Positions 1-13,723 are shown, counted from the stretch's first letter. The stretch is DNA of 64,000 nt from Takakia lepidozioides (GCA_030704615.1 CM060734.1:20956001-21020000); one strand, 5' to 3'. Program-made: numbers and translations. The notes: generated from the sequence alone by a model not told the origin.

Positions 1-12
1 TCCTTGTTGCAG

Positions 13-621
13 TTGCCAAGAGTGAAAGGCAAGATGCTCGGACAACTGTATCAGACTTGGCAATGTTGAATTTATGAGGTTGGCACTGTCCCTTTGCTTC
101 TGTCCATCCAGGGAGATTGTTGATCATGTAAGAATAGCTATGGACGGTTAACCTGGGTTTTATGAAGTGCAGTCTTTGCCAGTATTAGGAACAATTGCAT
201 TCTATGTTCATGGTCTGCTTGTAGCCAACTTACTGAATCCCCTATGTTCTGGACCTGTTTAAATGCTTCTGTGAGAATAAGCAATACCCATTACATGGCA
301 GGGCAAGAACAGTGCTATCAGAGGTTTGGGAGGATGGTCAATCCTTTAAAGAGATTCAAGCCCGCCTAGTAATATTCTTCTTAACCTTGTCAAGCAGTTT
401 AGGTGAAGACCATCTGTGTTTTTATGGATCTGTGTCTCCATTTGGTGTTCTGTCAGTTCCTAAAGTAGTTGAGTCTCTTTTCTTGCCCCTCTCGCTCTAC
501 CTCCTTACCTTTTGGCCTATCTCTACACACATTGATGTTGGCATATGTTTCCAGCGGTGTCTACTGGAGCAAAAGACGTATCTTCATAAGCATCGCAAAG
601 AGCTTAAGAAGCAACCAACTG
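13..621 (+). pseudogene. Tousled-like kinase (TSL/TLK) coiled-coil region fragment, three exons (13-78, 302-368, 555-621)
   Basis: AG/GT-bounded exons translate to AKSERQDART..CIRLGNVEFMR / ARTVLSEVWEDGQSFKEIQARL / RCLLEQKTYLHKHRKELKKQ. This resembles plant TOUSLED (RQEAR..LRLGNVG..R.GT..SETWEDGQ..K.LNA.L..LLE.KE.IE..RK.LKK). The first exon has a frameshift and no kinase exons follow. Confidence 0.7.
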
Positions 622-749
622 GTAGGGGTGGCATCCTTTAGTGGCTTATTGAATTGCACAACATCTGACCCCTTTTCAACAGCCAAGCAGGTTTCTGATG
701 GATATAATGCCAACTTTGACAGCACAGAGTTTTCCTGCCGTCTGGTTTA

Positions 750-2495
750 AAGTTTGTATGTATGTCTCCATATTTCTTCGTAGACCCAAATATGGTCCAT
801 TCTTATAACTTAGAGGCCCTCTGGAAATGGGACATTTCAATGAGGTCCAGACCCCTATAGTAGGAGTTTCTGGATCAACCATAAAAGACCTCTAATCCAA
901 CCCACTAGCACGGCTACTGGTGGTGGGCTCGTCCTCTTCCTCTTCCGAGCAAGTGTACTCAGTGGAAGTGTACTCAGTGGGTCCACTCGGGGCACTCTCT
1001 ACTGAGGAGGTGGCCTATGCCAAAGGAATCCTCAGGCCAAAAAGAAAAGCTACTGGCCAAGCTAGATCCGGTGGGATTGACCTACGAACTGCAGCTGGTG
1101 ATGCAACAAAATAACTCTCTGCTGGGCGGTCTCTAACATTGTCTAGCAGTGATAATGAACCGGATGCAATCAACTCACGAATAAAAGCTACTGGCGTGAA
1201 ACCTCGGTGATAGTATGGGGGGGGGGGGGGGGGGGGGGGGGTTAAGAATGGTCGGCAGGACCTCCTCGGATGTGGGAAACACTCACTCTCGAACCCGTCC
1301 TCTCCTGGGCCGACTCCAATCAGCCAATCTATGAAGGCAGGGCGATGATCGCAGATAGCACGTCCTACACATGCTCTCAACGGGTCTAACCGCCTAGCGA
1401 TCTTGCTTCGCGTATACGACAGGATGTCTGTGATGGTACGACACAACACACAACAAGCCAACTAGGCCACCTGCCATGCAAGATGGACCTCAAGGGCCGA
1501 ATCAAAATGAATATAAGCGAGAAAAGATGGTTGATAACAGCCCGACCAACGGGTGTTGAACCGAAAAAACGTAGAAATAGGAGCCGTTTGGGGTCCAACC
1601 CGGGCTGAGATCCAACACCCACGATACTCCTCTGCAATGGTCAAGATGCGTCGTCGCATTAACCTGCAAATCACTGTGGCCTCGGGGCCAGGTACGTCGC
1701 CAGTCCTGGAAATAATGGCGAGGGAACTCCGATGGTGCGGCCATACTGACACTCAAAAGTCTCCATGAGGTTAGCAAAGTGCATCCTCAAGTGTGTTAAC
1801 TTTGTCTAATCTCATCTAAAGTATTCGGTTTTTCCCGGCTGAGACAAGAATACAAAATATAAAACGTCAGATAAAGTGAAAAAACAAGATCTAGGCAGAT
1901 GGCAAGAGTTGTCAAATCCTCTCCCATTCTACCTTCAAATAGTCCTGACTTTTACTTACCTCCCGGTAGACGCACCATTTATATGACGAGCCCTGAGCGC
2001 GCGGTCAAGGTGACGGCATATTAGCTAGGGGGGTCGTGGTAAGTCGCGGTGTAGGTTGGGCTCACTGAACCGACTACCCGACTGTGGTTAGTGCAGGGGG
2101 TCCGTGGTTGTAGATTATGGTGATTGTCATTAACTAATTCCTATCGGCAAAACAGAGTGGAGTACTCCCTTTCAGAGGGCGAGTTTGCGTTTTCTAAGTC
2201 CTACGAAACTATTACTTTTTTGGTTCAGTAACTGCCTTCCAAGTCTTTTATTAAATAAGTCTTATTGCCTAGGCCTACGAGCCGCCTATAGCCGACATGC
2301 ATTTTTATCCCTTCACAAGGCACCTACCAAGCCTAGGGAGGAGAATGGTGATCACCCTCTCCCGATGCCTCCCAATGCCCCTCCTTCTCCGGGTGCTTGA
2401 GTTCAAGTCAGTCCGCTAGAAGGGCCAATACTTCCCTACCTCGGTGCCCAAGTAATTTGTTTTAGCACAAGAGGGGGGTCACAACACCTATCACA
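750..2495 (-). mobile_element. Degenerate LTR retrotransposon remnant (candidate LTR 1910-2495 plus gag-like fragment)
   Basis: The minus strand begins TGTGATAGG at 2495 and ends GGATTTGACA at 1910 (TGT...ACA). There is a weak gag-like LGLRRNMETYIQTLN near 750-790. Confidence 0.3.
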
Positions 2496-3299
2496 ATCCA
2501 ATAGGTTAAAAAGGTCCAATAAAATCACCCTAGATGGCTTAAATTAATAAGTCCAATAAGTTCAATAAGTTCCCCTAAGTCCTATAAGTTAAATCACATT
2601 TAAGCCTATTTAGGCATTTTTGCACTAAAGAAATGTAGGGATGCTTTTGTAATACAAGAAATGGATGAAGGGCGATGGCGGAGCGGCGCCCAACGGTCGC
2701 TTCGTCTCTCTCCTTCAGATCTCTCCCTTAGACCCATCCCGTTGGGCTGTATCTCGTCATTTTCAAGTTCTACTCATCCTTAGCTTTCTATCCATAGGTT
2801 GCGTTATTTCTCCTGATTCCTTTTACCTCACCACCATTTTCCCAATTTTAAATCGGCTCCATCGTCGCTAGGCTCCACCAAGGAGGGCGTGGAGGCGACC
2901 CTTACCTCAGTTCGATTCCCAATACACCCCAAATACATCTACACTCCAAGATCTAGTGTGTTCCTCCTTACTGCCGACTGCCTTAGCTGTTCAGTTCATC
3001 TTTCTTCATCCGACTTCTTCAATCAACAATCATTCAATGGTATGGTCGACAACGCAAATCTAGCGGCCGCCATTATTTATGACCCTTCACGTCAAGCAGT
3101 TGTCTCTACTCTCATGAAGAAGCTGCACAGGGAGAAACTAATTAACTAACGATTCCAAAGCTAGCTCCCGCGCTCGCTCACCCATCAACCTCTACCTCAC
3201 TCTCACTCACTCTCTTCTCACAGCTACCTAGTACCATCCAACTTGCGATCGTCTACCCTTCTGAGTCCTCATTTGTAAGACCTCAAGGTTAATAGACCC

Positions 3300-6200
3300 C
3301 AATACTTCCACCTCCATGGATCCTCCAAGCAACGCTCAATTCAGAGCGAGAAGGAAGAGTCGGGCCCGGGGAAAAGGGTCACACAGGGGGCCCACACGCT
3401 TCACTTCGCGCCAACTTTTCACCCATCCTCTGGAACTGTCTACTTCCTTGCGCATCAAGCCCGATCCTCTGTCGGTGAGAGAATGCTACAGTCAAACGCT
3501 CCAGCCGCAACTCCCCTTCCGCCCGCCCGCACAGCTGCCCAGCGAGGCCCACCACCAGCGCAGTCAACTGGAAATGCAATGACGCCCATGCTCATACTCC
3601 CACCTGCGAGGACATCACAGTGAAGCAATTGAGCCACAAAACCATGTCGAAGAGGACCCAGTAACGGACGAGCTCATTACCTCGCAGGAGGCGCTTGGTG
3701 GGGACCACCAGTTGATTCCGATGGACATCCCAGATCTCACCAACAGGGTGGCCAACATGTAAGACAATGGCATCCTGGTCCACTTCCCGGGTAAGAAGGT
3801 AGGAAGATCCTTTGTTAGAGACTGGGCAATCAGACATTGGGGGGGGGGGGGGGGCAGGGGATCTCCAACATCATTTTTGTCATGCTAAAGGTAGGGGATT
3901 CTTCTCCTTTCAATTTGAAACGCAGGAGGCTGCCACCAAAGCCCTCCAAATTAAACCACATCTGCTGGGGTTTAATGTTAATATTTTTCCATGGTCGGCG
4001 AAGTGGGCCACCAGAATGGAAAATTGTGGGGACCAATTGTATCCCTTCCATTTATCCCGGACCAGTACCTGCTCAACATTCCCGATATCGCCAACCACTT
4101 CGGATCATACCTGGGATGTTTGGGGGTGTTTGATCCTTTAATGTGCACTGATAGCATAAGGAAACACCCGGCATGGAAACATGCCACAATAGCATCAAGG
4201 TTAAATGACAATGGATTTGCAAAAATGGTGCTCCTGATGCCAGATGAGGACATCCTCCCTGACTTTGTCAGACTTCCCATCGATGAAAAGGGCAATTATT
4301 TCACAATCCGTCTGCTGGAAGAGTCACCCTCAACTGCCTGCTTTAACTGTGGCAAAACAGGCCACATAAAGGCAAACTGCCCAACAGGAAAGAAGAAAAG
4401 ATCCCCAGGGATGGGGGGGAATATGGGACACCGTCGCCGACCAACTCACAATGGAGAAGGAAGGATCCCCAGCCACTGTCTAAGGCTCAAATCACATCAG
4501 GCAGGGAGATTCACAACACAGACCTCCTCCAAATCAGCCCAACACCGAGATGGACTAAGAAGCAAGGCCAATCATCAGATCCAATGCATCTCGAAGCAGG
4601 GAAGGCACAACTGAATGAGGCAGACCGCAAGGGTAAACAGGAGTGCATTGAGCAGGGACAAGCTAAACAGTCAAACCCTCGGGGAGCAGGCCTTAAACCA
4701 GAACTCGACCCCCAGGGTATCCACAAAGAAATGTTGACAGGCATTGCCAGTAACCCCATCCTGGCCAGATTGTGCCTCACAAGGCTAAATACCTACCCCA
4801 AACTAATTTTGGGAGGGTGCTCACAGTTGGATTCCGATGATATCCCAAGGGCTTCTTGTGTAACCCCACTGATTTTTAGAAGAGGTGAGCCACCATCCAT
4901 ACTCATCTCCTCGGGTAATATTGAATGTCTGGAGTCTCTGTGGATCACCACGGCTGATGTTAAAGCATTCATTGCCACATGCCCGCCAAATAGTGACCAT
5001 GAGCTGCGGGGTTTCTTCTATCGGAGGGTTGCTCCACCATATTGAAGTCCCCAGCTACTATCCATTGGCTTATTCCTTGCTGTTCCTGCATTTTGGTGTC
5101 AAGCGTATCCCAAAAGGTCTCTCTTTCTAAAGGGCAGTTGGGGGCGTAAATGTTTATTAAACCGAGTGATCCAAGGTTGCTTGGCAGGGTAAGGGCGCAG
5201 AACTGCATTCTTCCGGGGGCCCAGGATTCTTCGGAGAGAATGAGTGCGTGGGTGGAGGGGGAGAAGAGCATAGCAATGCCACCTCTGGTCCCTTCGAGGT
5301 AGGTTTCCATAGGGCTAGGTGTTTTGGCCATAGATGATCGGTGAGGTTGTCTATTTTTCCCTGGTTTTGTTTGTGCTCCTGGATAAATACTATGGAGATC
5401 TGGTTGATGAGGGGGTTAAGATATGAGGATAGCCTAACCCTCTTCATTGAAGATGGGTCTGGTCCCAGACCCCGTACGTTCCAAGATGTCAGATTAATCT
5501 GCATCTATGGACTTGTGCAGGCTGAAGTCTGGCGACCCATTTGATGGCCTGTGAACATAGAATCTAACCCTTTTGTCTTTGGGTAACAGTGATTTCACCC
5601 AGACAAAGTTTTGGGGGATTTGGGATTGAGTCTGCGTATCTGGATCATGGCTACTAGCGTAGGGTGTGAAGGGCTTTTTTCGGTGGGGGAGGGCCAGTAC
5701 TGAAATTGTTTTTCGGTGGGTTTGAAGGTTTGGACACTTGACAGGGTAATCCTGTCTTTCATCTCTTGAGAGTGCAAGTCCTGGTTAATGGAGGAACTGA
5801 TGTGGCCACTGTGGATCTGTGACTCATCTATGTGAGGTGGGGGAGGTGTATGGCAGGGATGGACTGTCTAGAGGATGATCTATGACCAGCAGCCTGTTTC
5901 CTGCAGAGTAGCCAACATCTTTTGGAATCATGCAAAACTGGTTGGTAAATAAAACAGGGGACGGTGAGAGCTGGAACCTGAGTTTGCTGGGGATCCTGCG
6001 TCTGTGTTGCCGGCGGGGGTGAGTCTTTCTCCTTAGTGTTGGATTTGGACTCCCAAGCGAGTGGGGCTGGCGAGGTGGCCATGCCTGCGCCCCCTGATAC
6101 CGAATCCACCGATGAGGCTGAGGCTGTAGGGAGTGCGGCCCTTCCCGGAAACTCTCTGGTCCTCCGCAGCTCCATTCTATGATTTTCATCCTCCTTATCC

Positions 6201-8670
6201 ATGTCCAGCCTCATAGAGAGAGGGTGAAGGTGCTTTCGCAAAGCATCACGTGTTCTGATCTTGAATCCCCCTTGACCCCATACCCTGATCAGTGCAGTTT
6301 CATTAATCCAGAGAGCTCCGGGAGGGGCAGGGGTATGATACACCTCTGCCTCTTCCTGGAGGGCGAGGATGTGAGTGGAAGGCTTGGTTGTGAGGGGATT
6401 TCCTTGTAAGAACCCCAGGTGATCATGGAGTATATAATGATCAGATAGTGACTGAGATGCGTCCTGAAGAATTGTTGTGATCATCGAGTGCAGGAACCAT
6501 AACGGAGGACGTGGATAGATGGCAACAACTGTCCCAAAACCACAGTCTCATCGAGACTGACTGGATACACCAACAGACCAATAGCACTCCGCAGCCATTC
6601 TTTACATGGACAAATGCAAGAGACCTGGACCACCTCCAAATGTCTAGACTAGATAGGATATATGCCTCAATAAATGTAGTTCAGTGGACAGCCAGGCAAA
6701 CGCAAGAACCTATCCCAGTGGGGTTTGATCATGCTCAGGTGTCAGCCATGATTACAATCCCGAACTCCCAGGCAAGAGGCAGAGGCATTTACAGGATGAA
6801 CGCATCGCTGTTAGCCATCCTGACCTTTAAACAAAGACTCTCCCTGGCATGGGCTCAAACTGGGAACACAATCAACAATCCATCAGACCGCTTTTTGGCC
6901 AAACTTAGGGCAACCACCGCCATCAGTAAAACCCTGAGCAAAGAAATCTTTGAGGCCAGAAAAAGGAAATTTCAGGCCCTTACTAAATGCCTCAGAGTCT
7001 GCCAAGTGAGGATGGAGTCCCCTAGGTGTGATGAGGCCACATTCAGGACGTACCAGGAAGCTAAGGTGAATTTGGAGTTATTCCAAATACTCAAGGAGGA
7101 GAAACTTAGGCTTCAGGCTGGAATAAACTGGTCCACCAAAGGCGAGAAAATGACAATTTTTTTTTTGATAAGGCTAGGCAGAAAAGGGTGGCTCATTCGA
7201 TTGCAGAGTTCAAGGACCCTGCTTCGGGAGTCTCGGCAACCACTCCAAAAGAACTGGCTGCAATGGCAGCCACCCACTTTAGAGACTGTTCCATAGTGAA
7301 TCATGCCTTTCACCACTCTCCCAAACACAAGCCCAGTGCCTTCATCATACCCCACCACTGTTGAACCCTACTGCAGCGGCCTTGCTGGAGGGACATTTCA
7401 CGGACATGGAACTGCAGAATGCCCTACTTGATCTTCAGAATGGCAAATCACCAGGTTTAGACGGAGTCCCGGTAGAGTACTACAAATCCATGTGGGCAAC
7501 GATATTCTAGGATTTTGTAGAAATGGCCAACCACATCTTTCAGTCTCAGAACATGCCAACCCAGCTGTTGCAGGGAGTAATCATCCTACTCTTTAAAAAG
7601 GGTGATAGAACCAGCATTGCCAATTACAGGCCGGTTACCCTACTCAACGTGGCTTACAAAGTCATAGCCAAAGCCCTGGCAATCTGACTGCAGCCCCACC
7701 TCCCAGCCATCATACGCCCAAGTCAGACGGGCTTCATCAAAGGTAGATACATACTCGACAATCTACTCCTAGCCCAGGAAATTCCGATCTATGCCAAAAA
7801 AACAAACTAGGCTATAACGATGCTCCTCCTCGACTTTGAGAAGGCATTCGATAGAGTGGAATAGTCCTTTCTCCTTGGGGCCCTCCATAAAATCGGTATA
7901 CCTCAAGCTTTCTGCTCGAAGGTCATAACACTATTGCTGGGATCTTCAAGCAGAGCTCTCCTAAACGGGCATCTCTCCAAATCATTCCCCCTCCTACGCT
8001 CAGTCAGACAAAGCTGCCCCCTCTCCCCCTTCCTCTTCATCATCATAGCAGCGGATATGCTAGGCCATATGCTCCAAGCAAGCCAATACATCCAAGGGCT
8101 TCACATCAACAACCATGTGATCAGACGACCTCAACAAATAAAGGAGTCTATGTTTGTGGACGATACCTTTCTGGCCCTGCAGGCCACTAAAACCAACTTG
8201 GATAATGCCAGTTCCGCCTTGCAATCATTCTGTCAAGCCTCCGGTTTTAGGGTCAATTGGGGCAAAACATGTGGCTTGCTTGTGGGAGACACTTCAGCCT
8301 CAGCAATAGGAACTGACCCCACTTGAGGCCAAGACAAAGTCCTAAGGTGGCTGAAGCCCGGAGAAATAACCACCCTGCTAGGTTATACCTTCGGGATTGA
8401 CCTATCGGATCAATAGATATTTGCGGCAACACAAGCCAAGCTAAGAAACAAGCTGACATACTGGGGCTCCCAGCACGTGTCAATCATTGGAAGGGTGCTC
8501 ATAGCTAATCAGATCCTCTCAGCGGGTCTATGGTACTTTGCCTCGGCCTGGAAACCCAATGCCACTCAGATCAAAGAAATGAAAAGGCTTCTGCAGAATT
8601 TCATGTGGGGGGCAAGACACCCCGCAGCAAAAAAAAAACCTCAGATTGCGTGGAAGCAAATCTGTTTGCG
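3300..8670 (+). mobile_element. Degenerate L1/Tx1-type non-LTR retrotransposon (ORF1 zinc knuckle, APE, RT), 3'-truncated, with an internal inversion at 4999-6484
   Basis: ORF1 has CFNCGKTGHIKANC (~4337-4380). The APE N-half is on minus (SWNVRGL, IQEHK, NIYAPN, AGDFN; ~5000-5504) and the C-half on plus (FTWTN, SRLDRIY, DHAQV; 6511-6750). RT motifs are KSPGLDG, NYRPVTLLN, LDFEKAFD, RQSCPLSP and FVDD (7440-8170). Many stops and frameshifts. Confidence 0.9.
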
Positions 8671-10294
8671 TTACTGGTACCGAATTGGCAGCCTAATCCG
8701 TTGTCGATGCAGCTTCCTACGGTCATCTTGACTCCAGAGCTTCTCTCCATGGTCGTTGTAGACATATTCTAAGTTTCTACATGCTTTATCAACGATTTCC
8801 AAATAACTAACAAACTACCTTATTTTGGCTGTACAATGCCGAAACTACTTGTCTTAAGTTCAAAAACAATCTGAACAGAAAAATGTACCATTATATGCAT
8901 CTACACAAGGTCGCGGAGGTCTCCAATAAGGATGATGACACTGAGGACGAAGTGGATGCTGCGGACAAAGAGGAGATTGAGGAAGAACCACATGATGATG
9001 AGGAAGCAGAAGACGACATTGATGGTTAAGAGAGTGGTGGGAGCACGGACAAGTCCACTAAGGACAAGGATCCGGAGGATGATGATGACGTTGAACAGCA
9101 AGGGGGCTGAAAAGCATGAAACATTTGGAACAGTTTGATCAGCTGGTGGTTCTGACATCAACAAGACGAAGAAAGAAATCGAAAAAGATGATTATGTTGA
9201 GCATGGAGTTCACGAGGCCGATGAGGGTAATAATGAGGGCACGTGGCTCAATGACGAGACCAATATGGAGGACTTGGATAGGGTTGTGGAGAATGTGGTT
9301 ATGGAGAGTCTCGAGATGTAGGTGTTGGAAGCAATAATCTCGAAGTAAGAAATAAGCAAGCTATAGAGACAGAAACAATCACTATAGCTAATGATTCCGA
9401 GCCTGACACATTCATGCCGGCTGCTGGTGATTTTCCAATCGGCATAGTATCCCCAATAGCGGGGTGTAGCAGAGAGCGGAGGATGAAAACCAAATTGGAC
9501 CACAAAAATGTACGTGATATCTGATATAGAGCTGGTTGTGTAAATGGTTCTGAGATTTTTCAATTGTTTTAAGATATTCGCATGTCATTTTTATAGCAAG
9601 AAACTTGAATCTTCGAATTGTTGTTAACCAGAGCATAATTCAAATCCCATGAGTTGAGAGCAGATGACAAAATCCAAATCGTTAAGACCTCTCACTTCGA
9701 AGAACAGTGCTTCGAACAGACCAGGAGATGTGACTGTGAAGAATACTGCTCTAACAACTTTTGTGGGAACGTCGACCTCAATGGTGAGGTTACCGACCGA
9801 CTCCATAGGAGAAGTGACGAGTCCCCAACAAGCAACACAGAAGGCTCACAAGCAGGTATGACTTTGTTTTTATATTTATAATCAGTATTCTTTGTTTTGT
9901 TTTGAGTTTTCTAATCAGGTTGCAGTCTACAGCTTTTTTTACAACCTATCCCATTGAATTGTAGGATTCATTGAAAGGGTGCATCTGCACAATTGAAACG
10001 ACAAGACTTTATTTAAAACACTGGCAAATGTTATACTTGATAAGTATGGCCATGTAGCCACATGAAGTAAGTCCTAAGATTGCGAACACTCGTATGAACG
10101 CATTTTTCAGTGATATCCTTCTGTTTTACCGCTGGGATACAACTCCGGGTTTTATCGTCGATGGTAGATTACTTCGACATTAGTGTCAAGGTGAAATTTT
10201 ATATGTTCAACTGACACCTTATTTTCTGCTGAATCAATACCTTACTCTGTTCTTCTATTCGTCCACATATTCGACCACCACCTACGCCTTATCT

Positions 10295-10994
10295 ATGGAT
10301 AGTGGTAAATCTCATCTGATTATATTTGATCTGAATGGTGTTCTCTGCAAAATCATCCGGTCTCAAGGATCTAATAATCCTGTGCCTAAATACTCCGAGA
10401 ACGACTTCAGCGTTCCTATTGTGGTTATTAGAAGGCAAATTTTTAGGCGAGAGAAATATCGAGAGGTGTGGAAGACATGAGCGATTCCACCTAGCTATTT
10501 GGAGCTGCATGGAGCTAAGGAACCTCAAGCCCGTCCTTGATATCATGTTGGAGGGGTTACCACAACTAGACTTCATTATGTCGCAGAATGATTGTCTTTC
10601 GTGTCCTAGTAAAGTCCATCCAAACTATAACGATAGATTAAAAAACTCCTCGAACGTGTTTCTGAAGCCACTTGCGGGGCTATGGGTGAAGACGAGAGGA
10701 AAGTTCGATGACAGAAATACACTTCTGATTGATGATACTCATATGAAATGTCTACTCAATCCTGTAGGGTCATGCTTATTCTTGAAGACATTTGAATCAA
10801 TTGAGACCGACAACAACTACTTCTTGGTGCTTCAAAAGTTTCTCGATGGGATGCTAGAGAGCCCACTAAATGTCCTAGACTATGTTGTTAAGAACCGGAT
10901 TGGGGTTGGACCCGAGAGCCATTCTAACCCTAAATATGACAGTCTTCGATCTTTTTTAGAGAGCTCTCGCAACGATTATCTTATTTGTGAATGA
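10295..10994 (+). pseudogene. FCP1/NIF-type HAD phosphatase-like domain (frameshifted near 10460), preceded by an acidic low-complexity segment at ~8910-9330
   Basis: Motifs LIIFDLNGVL (HAD motif I variant), FHLAIWS, SQNDC, VFLKPL..LW and NTLLIDD..KC..NP occur in the expected order. Confidence 0.75.
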
Positions 10995-12365
10995 TTGGAT
11001 ATACAATTTGGGGTTCTAGAACCCCATATACAATAAACGTACATATTCACTTTGTGCAAATTTTGACTAAACGTTCAATCAAGCATGTTTTGTAGGCTTA
11101 CATTGTTGTTGTTCCGTATGAACGCTAAGATTGTAAGTAGCTAAGAACTTTTAAGTGTTTTATCGTTTGATGACGATGCTTCATCATAGAACCTGTGTTG
11201 TCCACTAAGCGTGTTTTCCACTAACTTCGACAGTAATGTCGAGGATGTATCGAGGTTGAGTCTCGTTTGATGTTCTGTCTACAGGTTTCAAAGTCTGTAC
11301 AAAATGTTCAGGAACACCGTGTTATTGAATGTGACAATGGAGTTTCCACAAGACTTAAGTCTATTAGATCTCAGTTGAAGGATTTGAGCGAAAACAAGGT
11401 TATCACTCAACAGGGTGACAGTTAGCCATTAGAGTCGAACTCTCCTGCTGTGGTGGAATGTTGTCTTGAAGAAGTTGACAAGTTTGATGATGGGCGATAT
11501 CATCAACCCATTGAACATAACGTCAGTCCAATTACAACTCATTCAGGTATTGGCGATATACAGCAAGTCGACGACTTGCCCCAGAGGAAAATCCCAATGT
11601 TTACCCCACAACATCATGGATGGACACATGGACATTTGAGGAGGAACAAGGTGAATTATTGCCTATATTTTTCTTGTTTTGTCTTCCTCATTCAGTTTTT
11701 TTTTTTAATTTTTAATTTTTAAAATTTTTAATGATCTTGTTTTACTCAAGGTAAGATTGGGTGAAGTGAAGCGACATCTTCTCCTACATTATAATCCAAC
11801 ATAATCTCAGTATTTGATCTTCAATTGAGAATATGGAGATCTTAAGTCCGGATGTATCTCCAGATGGCCTCATGTCATCCCCTCGTACACTCAACGTCCA
11901 AATCTTTGAAAGGAAAAAACAAGTGGATGATCTATATCGTGCGTCTGGCCCGAAAACTTCGGAGTGTTCGAAGAAATCTGGATCCACTCGTAAGAGGCTT
12001 ATGGTTTGCTTAGACGTGAAGATTGCGTCAGATGTTCTACTGTCCCTTCAGAACTCAACCGACTCCCTCAGTTCACTGAAATACAAAATCAGTTTGGTCC
12101 TACCTCTCTAAAAAATTGTTCCAAATTATGTCAACGTCGACATAAAGGTTGACGTCCCTTCGGAGAAGACTAAGGAGGACTATTTTTGGAACTTTTTTTC
12201 TACGTGGCTAGGATTATTTGCATCCTGCAACAAACATATGTGAGTATTCATGTTCTTTAACTACCTATGTCGAACTAAGTATGATCCTAAGCATGTTCCT
12301 AAGTTCTTATGATGGTCTTTGTAAAAAAATCCTTCCAAATGGAAGTTACATAACCTTGACATTAA

Positions 12366-13411
12366 CCCTTCAAGGACGAGCCTGTTTTTGGTGGGCCCCG
12401 TCTAAAACCAGACGTACCCTCACGGACGAGGGTGTATCTCCCATTCGACAAACATCCGAGGCGATGAACCGTTCCAAAGTCATCCTACCTACTTCATGCA
12501 CCTGAAGTAAAATTTCAGGAGAATTGACCGTCTAAAGTGGAAGATTATAACAAAAATTCTAGGTTTTTTTTTTTTGTTGGATATATTTTCAACATGAAAA
12601 TTTGGTTTGACCAAGCAGATTGCCAACCTTTTTGAATGCATAATGGTTGCTTTGTATGGGAAAACAGGGGTCAAAATGCCAATTTCTTTCATGGGAAAAA
12701 CACATCCCCACAAATGTGGGGCAATTTGTGAGGGAATCCAAATTCCTCTGATCATGTTGTTGTTTGCCTACCCTGGAAAAAAATTCCACATTCTAAGCTG
12801 TTTGTAGGCAAAGATTGCCAAAAAACCGAATCCCTACTTGAATCCCAGCTCCGGCCCAGAATTGCCGGAGCCGGTGGACATTACCGGCCAAAAAATCCGG
12901 CCACGTCATCACAAACCAAGGAAGTCACGGGGCCATCCACCTTGCGTTTCAGCGCTCCCTCCATGACCTGCCAACGGCCACCTGATTGGGCCACGCACCT
13001 AAGCCCTACGCAGGTGAGAATCTCCCGCCCCCGCCACCTGCCACCTGATTGGGCCACGTGCCTGGCGTTTCGGGCGTGCCCCCGCCGCTGTCCGGACGGG
13101 CGGACATGCATCCCCCCGCTGTCAACCGCTGCCGGCAAACGCCCACCCCCCCCCCAATCCTGCCTGCCACGTCTGCCAGTCAACCTGCTGACGGGCCCAA
13201 AACCACAGGATTTTGGGTACCCCTCCAGATTCCAAAAAATCCTGACGGCGGGGGATTAGATTTTTTAAGGTGCGATCAACACAGGGGGCCGTAAATATTT
13301 ATGGGCTACACTTTTCGTTCAGGAATCGTTTTCATCCGACATGATCTGCACATTTATCATCCAATCGAAATTTCGACCCGACCCGATACGGGTCGCCTCG
13401 TCCTTGAAGGG
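12366..13411. mobile_element. Non-autonomous piggyBac-type element (1046 bp)
   Basis: Perfect 15-bp TIRs CCCTTCAAGGACGAG (12366-12380) and CTCGTCCTTGAAGGG (13397-13411), flanked on both sides by TTAA (12362-12365, 13412-13415). No transposase ORF. Confidence 0.85.
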
Positions 13412-13714
13412 TTAATGTCGACGTATTCCACATTCATGTCAACAAAAATAATATTCGTGCTAGATGTGTACAGTTTTTCCAAGATTTTACATCAGGTGTA
13501 ATGAACGTCGACGCAATGTCGAGGTTCCAGATAAATGTGTCAAGAATGGGTGGGGCATACTAATCGCCACGAAGACGCTAATGTAAAAACCTCACCCAAT
13601 TAGCCTACCGCATCTTACCTCAGTACAAGAATCCAAATTGACCTCCGTGAAACTCAATCTTTGCCTTAAACTCTTTGGGTAAAGCGTAGTCCTCGCCGTT
13701 GTTTACCAGGGACC

Positions 13715-13723
13715 CATATAAAA
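13715..13723 (+). promoter_or_regulatory. Candidate TATA box of GSH1
   Basis: ATATAAAAG about 650 bp upstream of the ATG, followed by a pyrimidine-rich leader. Position-based inference only. Confidence 0.35.

Larger units (their letters stand above)
8672..13625. mobile_element. Putative DNA transposon or relic carrying the FCP1-like gene
   Basis: Begins exactly where the LINE is cut off. The ends are an imperfect inverted pair (TACTG..GGCAGCCTAAT at 8672; ATTAGCCTACC..CAGTA ending 13625). A 22-bp palindrome recurs inside. No TSD found. Confidence 0.3.

Noticed and set aside
1216-1241. Poly-G tract as a G-quadruplex regulator
   Set aside because: Similar homopolymers occur throughout the transposon relics here and their lengths may be sequencing artefacts; no supporting context.
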